Part shown: one piece after another, positions 53,909-64,000 of the stretch
Numbering within the stretch: position 1 is the stretch's first letter
Layout: each line of letters opens with the position of its first letter
From: Octopus vulgaris
Lineage: Eukaryota
DNA length: 64,000 nucleotides
Direction: 5' to 3'
NCBI GenBank assembly: GCA_951406725.2
Contig: OX597828.1
Span: forward strand, 56,792,001-56,856,000
Made by a program: the position numbers and the translations under genes
The notes under the pieces: model-generated
What the model saw: the letters and a program-made list of their open reading frames with translations, nothing else
Database searches by the model: none
Told to the model about the DNA's origin: nothing

Positions 53909-54914
53909 AAATAATAAGAAGAAGGGGGTGGGTATCTTAATGTCAACCAGAGAAGTTGAATTGTTGAGAATCTTTTTAGTCGCGTCTTATATCTATTGTT
54001 TGAATTTCTTTGAAATATGAAATATATGTTCACTGGGTTTGTAAAAGAGAGCAAAGCTACAGGAAACCAAAAGACGAATGATCACAATAAGTAGTCAGCT
54101 ACCCTACCCTAGTTGTTACTGCTCCCAATGTAGGATTCCTCACCATCCAGGTGACAGGCATAGCCGTAAAAGTCATTACGAATCTATAGCAATTGGAAGG
54201 GCGTGACCCAACTGAAATAAACATTAACAACTGTGTGACGTGAGGGCTAAGGAAAAATGAATGTTGCAGTTTGCAAATGACCACTATACTGATATGTAAC
54301 TGGACAGAATAAATTTACAATCTATAAATGGCTTTGAATAACCAGTCACTCATCTGGGAAGGCCTTGAATCAATGTTACCATCTGGAGACTATGTGTGAT
54401 CCAGTGATAATAAAAAGACTGAAAGTAGATCTGCAATCAAATAACTTTACTCAACACTTTGCAATTGAATCATTGGAGGCAAAGATGCCTCTCATTTACT
54501 TGACAATTTATGCAGCACATTGCAGAAACCACAATGTAAGTGTATGTCAAAGCAAACTCTTACACTGTTGTACCATTGAATTACAAATAATGCGCATCTT
54601 CTATGTTCAGATGACCCCACAGCTTCCAAGAGTACAACTATTCGTCTTTGCTTAGATAAAATGACAAAATTATGGGTGTTAAGTCCCCATGGTTGGTTCT
54701 TTATAACTTGTAAGAAGATGGAATTTTATAAATATTACTTTATTTGTATCTTATATCTATGGTTAAAATGTCATCAACAGCAAAAATATATGCATTGTCA
54801 TGGAGGTTGTGGACCTTATGCATAGAATATAATTTCCAAATTTCGTAAAGATCCATTCAGTACTTTTTACTTAGTTTTGGATCATAAAAGAAATGACTAA
54901 ATTTTAAATTTTGA

Positions 54915-55225
54915 TAAGCCTGGTACTTATTCTATCAGTTTCTTCTTGTGAAACCAGTAAGTTATGGGGATGTAAATAAACAAACACCGGTTGTGAGGCA
55001 GGGATTTGGCAGAAACACAAAGACACGCACACAGACTTACATATATACATACATATATATACGATTGATTTCTTTCAGTTTCTGTCTACAAAATCCACTG
55101 ACAAGACTTTGGTTGGTCTGAGGCTATAGCAGAAGACACATGCCAAGTCACTACACAGTGGGACTGAACTGAGGAGCATGTGTTTTGGAACGAAGTTTGT
55201 TACCACACAGCTACACCTGCACCTG
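54915..55225 (-). mobile_element. SINE family A
   Basis: AAGCCTGGTACTTATTCTATC..CAGTGGGACTGAAC..TACCACACAGC. Confidence 0.86.
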
Positions 55226-55288
55226 TTTGTGTGTATCCGTATATGGGTGTATATATGTATGCATGTATATATGTGAATATATATGTGT

Positions 55289-55358
<70 letters not shown>

Positions 55359-55412
55359 CTATTCATATACATGTATACATATACAGCTATACACACATAC
55401 ACACACACATAC

Positions 55413-55472
55413 ATAGGTGCTGATGTGGCTGTGTGGTAACAAACTTCGTTCCAAAACACATGGTTCTGGGTT
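55413..55472 (+). mobile_element. SINE family A head fragment
   Basis: GTGGCTGTGTGGTAA..CACATGGTTCTGGGTT. Confidence 0.8.
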
Positions 55473-55619
55473 TAAATTTAAATTTAAAATAATAAGGGTG
55501 AGAAATTGAATATTAATTTGATTGATATGAATTGAAAACCAATGGTGTAGCATACAAGACCATAGCGGATCTTCTTTTAGCAAAATGGATGTCCACTGTT
55601 AATGGTTCATACCTCTAAT

Positions 55620-56002
55620 ATAATAGTTTGACTTTAATAGTTTCAGTATTAAAGTGAAAGTATCTGACATTACAATAGAGAGATGTTTTATGTTTCACTT
55701 TTAACACGTAATAATGAAATAGTGGAGAAGATATGATATTGTTGTAGGCTCGGCCTAAGCAAGAAGTTAGAAGTCTTTTTGCCCATGGCACTACATGGAC
55801 CCTACGTAAGGCATGTTTAAAATTTGAATGAAATTGGTTGTGTAGTTGTCAAGTTTTAGCGATTCACAGTGGAGAAGATATATTGCTGTGGGATCGCCCC
55901 AGGCAAAAAGTTTTAAAAAATGAAATTGGTTGTGTAGTTCTTAAGTTTTAGGGAAACACACAGACAGACAGACAGACATTCTCAGTTTTATATATAGAGA
56001 GA
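55620..56002 (-). mobile_element. Helitron 5' portion with internal tandem duplication
   Basis: Minus strand starts TCTCTCTATATATAAAACTGAGAATGTCTGTCTG; AGTGGAGAAGATAT and TGAAATTGGTTGTGTAGTT each occur twice; no CTAG end seen. Confidence 0.62.
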
Positions 56003-57309
56003 TGAAAATACAAAATTTACCACTTTTATGAAAGGAAATAAATTCTATCCCATATGTTGAAGGAAATTGCGTAAGAGAGTAACCAACGGATAGTTGGCCA
56101 TGAGAGAATGAGGTCAGTAGATTTCAGAGTCTGAACGTGAACTGAACCCGTTACCATTTGTTTGAGGAGCTACGCCCGCCTCATTTTTACAACGAACATA
56201 AACAAATACAGAATACTAAGGAAGGATTCTTCGATTTGTAACTCGGCAGCTTTTTCTGGATGCTAGGAAGTAAGTAGTTATCATAATGTTCGTAATTAAC
56301 AGATAGCATATGCAAACAAGTTTTACGTAAAGAATCAGCAAATAGTTGTATAGATATATTACTATGACTCTGGCTTTCTACATCAGGAGATTGTTTTGAC
56401 CAAAACACTTGAAACTGAAATGTTTCCGTTATTAATCTGTGGAACTATTTTAGTGTAGAAACGTTTACCATATTTCTGATGGAGTGAATGAAACAGTGAA
56501 GATCCCGATGATGGATAATGATAAGAAGGAGAATTTATTAATTTCACATAAATTATCGATAAGTGCAATTTGAAATATGAACAATATGTGGTTTAAATGA
56601 AATAATTTAGTTATGTGAAAGATAAGCGCCTAAATTACCCTGCAAAATATAAATGTAGAAGATGACAAGACCATATTTCTGATGTGATTATTCGCGTATG
56701 CATACGGTTTCTAATCTAAATATACTTCAAATATTCTAAGAATGGAATTATTGTCACAAATGCCATGAATACCACGTGCTTTGTTTTAGAAGTAGCATCT
56801 AGCACATGAATATAATAGAGTAGTTCTCGAAAGACTTTGCGGTCGAATTCCCTTTAATGTAAATATAGGTAACATTGCTTGAGTGACTGAACGGAGCCTT
56901 TCTTGCTGCCTCGGTACGTATAATTATAATATACCGACCTTTCTGTCTCATAAAGATTATGCAGCTACCCCGGTGTTTATGCAACAACCTTTGCGAGAAT
57001 AGCTCGTTATATCGGCAGGTGCAGGTCAAAGAAAATCAGTTTCGCTTTTTAAGTGTCAGATTGTTTCATACTAGCTTCATAACCGTCGCTTTTCTTACAG
57101 CAATGTTGTATTATCTTAAAGCTAAATTGCTTACCATATAAAATATTATCAATAATATAAAATATATACAGATTAAATGCACAGAACCTTTGACAAAAGG
57201 AGAAAAATATTTGCGTTGCAACATGGTCTGTTTTCTGAGAAATACTAAATGAATAACATTTTAATATTAATAACTTCTCCACTATAAACACTGAGCCTAA
57301 AATTAGAGC

Positions 57310-57455
57310 GAAAGGGACTGTCGATTGCATCGACCCCAGTGTGCGACAGGTACTTGTTTTAGTGACCGCGAAAGGATGGAAGGGAAACTAGATCTTAGCG
57401 GAATTTGAACGTAAAGACGGGTGAAATGCCGCCAAGCATTTTGCGCAGCGTGCCA
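57310..57455 (-). mobile_element. SINE family B, partial
   Basis: ATCGACCCCAGT..GAAAGGATG..GCGGAATTTGAAC. Confidence 0.8.
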
Positions 57456-58203
57456 ACTATTTTGCATGCTCATATACTGTAAGCTAAGTACACACGCAAA
57501 CACACACACACATATTCACACACATTTATATATATACGTAAATAGAATTACATATATGTATATGTATATATATGTGTGTGTGCGTGTGTGTGTGTGTATT
57601 TTCGGTTAAAGGATTTATCTATAAAAATATATTCTTAGTCAACGTGATGTCTTCATAGTCAGAACGTATGTCTGACTGATTTCAAGGAAGCATTGCTGCT
57701 ATTCCTGACAGTACAAGTAACCTCATTTTAAACGTCACTCATTAATATGTGCCCATGTGAATATATTGGTATTCGTGCCAGATGGCGACTGCCAAAAATA
57801 TTATGAATCAATTTTATATCAAATATAAAAGTAATATTTCTTTTTCTTTTTTAATTCTCTATGAACAATATCTTTATTTCTCTACATTTTCATCAATAAA
57901 TAACTCAACAAAGATTTAATTAGAAAATGGTATACATATACATACATACACACACACACACACATACAAGCCCACACAGAGACACACTCACACACACACA
58001 CAAACACACTACACACTACACATACACATACGAACATCATTCCATGGCCATCCCAATTTTCTAAATCAGTGAGAAAACTGGAAAAAACAGGGGTAGCTAA
58101 TAGTGAAAAATTGTTTTGCTCCATCGAATGAACCATGCGCATTAAATCTGTAACGTTATGAACAAAAATCCATTGTTTTCTTTATTTATATTTGTTGAAC
58201 AAA

Positions 58204-58432
58204 GGGAGACGAGCTGGCAGAATCGTTAGCACACCGGGCGAAATGCGTAGCCGTATTCCGTCTTCCTTTATGTTCTGGGTTCAAATTTCGCCGAGGTCGA
58301 CTTTGCCTTTCATCCTTTCGGGGTCGATAAATTAAGTACCAGTTACGCATTGGAGTCGATTTAATCGACTTAATCCGTTTGTCTGTCCTTGTTTGTCCCC
58401 TCTGTGTTTAGCCCCTTGTGGGTAGTAAAGAA
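58204..58432 (+). mobile_element. SINE family B, best-preserved copy
   Basis: A box TGGCAGAATCG, B box GTTCAAATT, and core GCCTTTCATCCTTTCGGGGTCGATAAATTAAGTACC (Meta/MESC-like domain, tentative). Confidence 0.9.
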
Positions 58433-59779
58433 ATATATATTTAATATAAAGAATGCAGTAGTATTTTCTAGTCTGTCGCTGTTTCAAATCAATTATTACA
58501 TACATTTGTTTCAGTTTTCGGCACCAGGACAGCTAGTGCGGGATGAGGTAAGTGAATTTCACCGAATCCATTGCTCAAATGGTACATTTATTGTGGACTC
58601 CAAAAAGATGAAAAGCAAAGTGGACATCATCGAAATAAATCAATATTATATATTGAAACTTAAATCACTGTGATCCCTTTACTTCTTAAAAATGTGTAAG
58701 GGCTTTTATTTATCCTAATTAGTCATGAGCTGTCGGACTATGGTGCACATGAATAATCTATTTTCTGGTAGGTGGGAATGACTAATTGTTCTTTGAAAGA
58801 AGAAGATAAAACCTTCCTTCCTATATTTAATCTCTGAATTTCAATCGCCTCCATCTTGCCTTAACCACACAGGAAAACGAGCGTGCATGATGCAGAGATT
58901 CCGATTTACGTAATTAAATATGTAATAATTCTTTGACTATAAAAATTAGTATTGCACGTTCAGGATGAAGTGTTTGTATGGATATATAGGAAATATAAAT
59001 CAAAAGATTCTCATTCTCATTTCTTTTAATCTGCTTCTGACAGATTTAACACCTGCTTCTGTAATATCTTTCTACAATTACATTGCTGAAAGTGACTCAA
59101 AAGAGTTTCCTTCTACATTATTCGTTGCTTTCTATAACAACACAATTTTAAAATAAGAAGTATCATTAACGAAACTCGATCCCTCAGGTAACATTCGCAA
59201 ATAACATTATTTTCAACCACACGCTATTATTTGTGTTGATATACACTAAAATGGGTAAAAACTCTTGCCTTGCAACAAGTTTCGCATGAAATTTACTTCT
59301 ATTAATATCGTAAATATTATTATGTGAAACCTGTTGCATTTCTCTTAAGAAATAATTGCCTGTCCTCATACGAACACATGCTGTAAAACTGTATTCATAA
59401 ATACAGCTATGTGTCTCAGCACCTGTGTTTATATGTATATACGTACGTACGTCTGTATATCTGTATGTGTATGCTCTTATAAATGTATAAATGAAATTAT
59501 AATGTTACAAGTGAAAAGAAGGAAATTTCTACCAAACCTCTTTTATTTATAAAAAATTGTACTGCACTATTTTTCATAAAGACAAAATATTTTCAACTAA
59601 TAAATTCGAACATGAAACTAGAATTAAACTTAGATTAAAATATACATCTAGTAAAGAAAGTTATAGCGCTGACTGTGAATAATCGAAATCGTGAATGATA
59701 ATTATCGCCTAAGAAATATTTTCAGAAAAAAATAATTTGATCCAAGACAATTAGTAATTTATTCAAGCGCAGTCACTCG

Positions 59780-62130
59780 AAATATTAAAGAGAATGAACA
59801 GAGAGGTTAAAGTGCTATTTAAAGAAACAATAGATTCTTGATGAATCAACGGATGTTTGCGATAATTCGATATCACAAACGATCGTTCGACGAACAAGTA
59901 TTATCTTTGAAGTCACAAAATACCTATTTTGCATGCGTACAAGAACTGATTGTCAATATATTTTCAAAGAAATTGCGAAAACTTTTAATAACAATGTACT
60001 TTCCAAGTGTGTAATGTATATTATACTTAGTGCTGTAAAATGATTGATAAACAAGTGTCCGTTGGTCACACGTACAAATATTGTGAGAAAATTTGATCTA
60101 CAGAGCCTTAGATGTTTTGTCGGAAGTGCACCGTTGACAACACTTCAACGTCAAGAGCTTCTTGAAAACTTTCATATATGATCCACTCAGTTGTAATGAC
60201 AATAAATTATATATCAGCGGCAAGAGCGTTTTGAAAACTTGCATATATGATCCAGTCAGTCGTAATGGCAATAAATGTTTCTATAATCGTCACCAGGTTA
60301 AATACATTTCCAGCAAATGCAATCAAAATAGTGTGGTGGGACACAATGGGATTTTACTACATATTTGAATTTGAGAAAAGGAAAGTGTTTACAGTTATTC
60401 ACTACCTTACAAGAACTATATAAGTGAATGACATTCTATAAATGCATTTACAGCAATATAGCATATTCAGAATCGCATTTCAGAAAATTATCAACATTCT
60501 CTTTGAGAAAATAAGAGACAAATTTAAAATAAGAAAATACATGCGCCCTTTTAAAGCCTAGCCAGGCGCATGGGCCCCGTTTCCCGGTTTGAATGGCATA
60601 TGTGATTCCCAGCTGGATGGGACGCCAGTCAATCACAGCGTTACTTATTGTTGCCATCTGAGTGGACTGGAGCAACGTGATATGAAGTGCTTTGCTCAAG
60701 AACCCAACGCGCCGCCGGTCCAGGAATGGAAACCACAATCTTACGATCATGATGCTAACACCCTAACCACTAAGCCACGCGCCTCCACAAGAGACAAATT
60801 TAACTGGGGTAAAATGTGTCAGACAAAATAAGCTAAATTTGTTTTTCCCTCCTCAAGAATTACATTTGCAAAAGAACCATACACGTCATTAGATATCAGG
60901 TAGATCAGACATGCAACAAAAAATTAAAATATGTAGGTCATATGTAAAAGGATCATGGAAAAACAGCACATGATATGAAATTAACGAACCATGACTAAAT
61001 CTAAGAATTCAACTAAATATTCTCTATAGCTTCTTCACAATGTGCTGCAGTGACTCTCGTCATGATATATTTAAACGCCATGCAGTTAAATGATAATTAT
61101 TAAAAATAATCATTACACATTTCCCCCAGTTTTAGACATCACCTTTTGAAAACGGAAAATTATCAAATAAGACATTTGTGAGTGAAACATTGACTTGGAA
61201 AACAACAGAGAAAAGAATATCTATTGTTAAAAACCAAAACTTATGCGGATATTATATTAGCAATCTCAATTACAATCGACTCAAAATTGATGAAAAATTT
61301 CTTGAAAAATATGTTCTTGTACGTGATTATGTTCCAAATTCAACTTAAGCAACAAATAAGATTACGAAGTTTTGCTCCCTAAAATGATGCAACCGTAAAA
61401 AATGATGATGCAATACTTGTAATGCTTCCGATAGACAGGAAATGAATAACGAAAATTCAGAAATTACTCATTTAACCTTAGTTGCTAATTTTTTACCCCA
61501 TGCCCTCTAGATGTTCTGGTAAACGCAGCTGTAAAGTAGCATTACAGTTTACCTCACGATTTCTTTCACTTTTGATGGTAATTTAAATTTGTTTAATGAA
61601 ACAAATCGTCAGTTGGTTTTCGTAAACGGTGAATTTTTGTAAGTTTCCGTATTCTCAGCTGACTTGGTAAGTCGTCTTAGAATGCAAAATATTTCAACAT
61701 AAATTGCATTTTCCACTCCTACCCGATAATGATTATTATCATTTAACATGATGTTGAAAATACAACCAAGAAACAAATTCTGCATTTCCTTTCCCATTTA
61801 CTCAAGATATTTTCAGTTGCTACAATTTCCAAACGGTTTGTGATATTTTCACGACGGTACGGTAGCATCAAATATATTTCGTTGCCCATTTGACATGATT
61901 ATGAGAAATTTCCGTCAAATGTTCGGTAAGGAATTTTTGAATAACTAGCAAATGTTATGTTAAATGACAAGTACACAATTGAAAACTTGGCTGATGTATT
62001 GTAATGTCTCCCAGATAAACGATGTGATTCTTCATAATCTTTTGTTCTTGAACATTTTGCAACCTTTAACACGTATTATGTCTGGGAAAATTATTTACAA
62101 ATATGAAATATATCCTTTTATATGATATCA
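59780..62130 (+). mobile_element. Ancient hAT (Charlie/SPIN-like) transposase remnant, interrupted
   Basis: ILDESTDVCD..FEVT..IF at about 59835; IFRCPFD at about 61875 and FATF..Y..LF.NMKY near 62060-62110 resemble the hAT C-terminal region. Confidence 0.65.
60540..60788 (-). mobile_element. tRNA-derived SINE family D
   Basis: GTGGAGGCGCGTGGCTTAGTGGTTAGGG head; GACTGGCGTCCCATCCAG body (V-domain-like, tentative). Confidence 0.88.
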
Positions 62131-63090
62131 CTACTAAATTGACTACAGGAGTCAGAAAAGGTGAAATATATTAAATAATGTATTCTCACTTGGCTGCTGA
62201 AGAAATTCAGATCCTGTAGGTTTTTAGAAAGTATGTAGGAGTTTATATATGTTTATGCTGCAATAATTAGCTATATGAAGCAAATTTAAATATTGATTTG
62301 TTCCTATGAGGTTTATATGATCATTGCTTATTCTATATTTTCGCACTTCTTGCCAAGAGATAAATAACTTGCAATCTGGTTCACCTCACACAAAAATAAC
62401 CACTTTACACTTTAATGTACACTTCTATATTAATGAATATAAATTGTGAAAATTTAGTTAATATATCTGGAAAGTCAACTGGCTACATCAAATCGCTTTC
62501 TCGTTTAAGGAACTTTGTAACAGAATGTGTAGTCTTTATGTAACTAAAATATTTGTACTGGTAAATTAAATCTATGTAACTGATGATTTCCAGAGAGAGA
62601 GAGAGAGAGAGAGATACATGTTCCATGAAATCAATGGAATTGTTTATTTGCATATTTTAATCTAGATAGTTTGCATTTTGAATTAAAATAATTTTTGTAG
62701 TATTCTAAGAGTCAATTAAGATAATTAAGTTTCACATGCAGATATTAAATTTTCATTTCATTGAGTTGTGTTGCAAGTAAAGTAATACAATTTTAGTAAA
62801 GCTAAATCAAAAGAGGGTATATGAGGACGTAAAAGAAATTATTGGATAGTCAAACGCTATTTAAACATAACCTCACTTTCACTTAAAATTTATACAAGTA
62901 CTAAATTCAATATCTTCACTTAAACTCTTGTAATTTCGAAAGTGGACAGGGACGGCTTGACCCGTACCATTCAAATAAATGCCGTCAACTCAATTAACAA
63001 TTATATCCACACTAATATATATTATTGTTGTTATCCACGATTTAAATCTATAAATATATAGATAACTGTGTGTATGTCTCTCTCTCTCAC

Positions 63091-63094
<4 letters not shown>

Positions 63095-63153
<59 letters not shown>
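63095..63153. repeat. (CT)n microsatellite
   Basis: Directly visible. Confidence 0.96.
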
Positions 63154-63156
<3 letters not shown>

Positions 63157-63772
63157 CTATAATAATTATGAATTAATTATGAAATTTTGGATTTGCCATT
63201 TAAAGGATTTTTTTGTTGGCTACCCATATTATTTTTGTTATTATTGATTTTACTAATGATAATAATTAATAATAATATGTATATAAATATGTTCAAATAT
63301 TTATTCATTTAGTAATTTTATTCACAGGCACCGTTTTTTAATTTGGCGCTAGCTTTTCAATGGTTACCAAGCACAACGAATCGAGTAAACTTTTTACCTC
63401 TTGGTATATAGTGAGACCTGCTGCTGAGAATTAAGGAAATTAAACTCTCTAACAGGATATCGATTTCCTCATTATATTGCTTTCTGCCGAGCTGTTAAAT
63501 TGATTTCTTTGCTCGTAGCCCCATTCCTGTTGTAGTTGCTATTTTTTCAGTGATTGGTGGTTTTCTTAGAGGTTTTGTTTTTACTCTGCTTTTACAATAA
63601 TGCTGGCAGCGCGTGAGCTCTAATATGATTATAAATGAATTCTAAAATTTTGGGCTTCACATTTATCAGCCTATATTATTGTTGCTATTATTCATTTCGC
63701 GAATGATAATAATTAATAATATCTATATAAATATCTTCAAATATTTATTCCTTACGTAATTATACACTCGCT

Positions 63773-63851
<79 letters not shown>

Positions 63852-64000
63852 ACCGATGTGTACTGCCTAACCTGTTGGAAGCGTACCGTGATTTACAACT
63901 TTCATTTGCCTTACCACGCAGATCTACAACAGAAATGAGTAGTAATGTGACCTTACATGGATGAAATGTCAGAAATGCGAATAAGAACAATGAAGCAGGA

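Noticed and set aside
56380-56530. Serpin-like words (DQNT..W..F..NETVKIPMM)
   Set aside because: Needs a frameshift and stops, the spacing is wrong and there is no other serpin region; probably chance.
60150-60290. Two ~69-bp repeats as a CRISPR-like array
   Set aside because: A simple two-unit tandem duplication in a hAT remnant; no spacers and a eukaryotic context.

Overview
Eukaryotic, very AT-rich, repeat-dominated DNA. It is most likely intronic or intergenic sequence of an octopus (coleoid cephalopod), inferred from the tRNA-derived SINE families and the microsatellite density. I find no intact host protein-coding gene; most ORF-track entries are microsatellite or antisense artefacts. 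The window holds decayed mobile elements: Dong/R4-like (restriction-like endonuclease) LINE pieces sitting in (TAA)n tracts, two RTE LINE copies, a Penelope-like RT, a full-length dead mariner, a Tc1/maT-like piece, a Chapaev3-like transposase, a hAT remnant, Helitron pieces, MITEs and four SINE families. The most interesting signals are: (1) a small element combining a Pol III-like head, a microsatellite and a hammerhead ribozyme inside partial inverted termini (14.8-15.1 kb), plus other Penelope-type hammerhead motifs; (2) an 11-kb block bounded by 1.9-kb inverted repeats of unknown identity (7-18 kb); (3) an internal inversion shared by both RTE copies; (4) short perfect inverted repeats in otherwise diverged DNA. 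Family names come from motif recognition by eye, with no database search, and boundaries are approximate.
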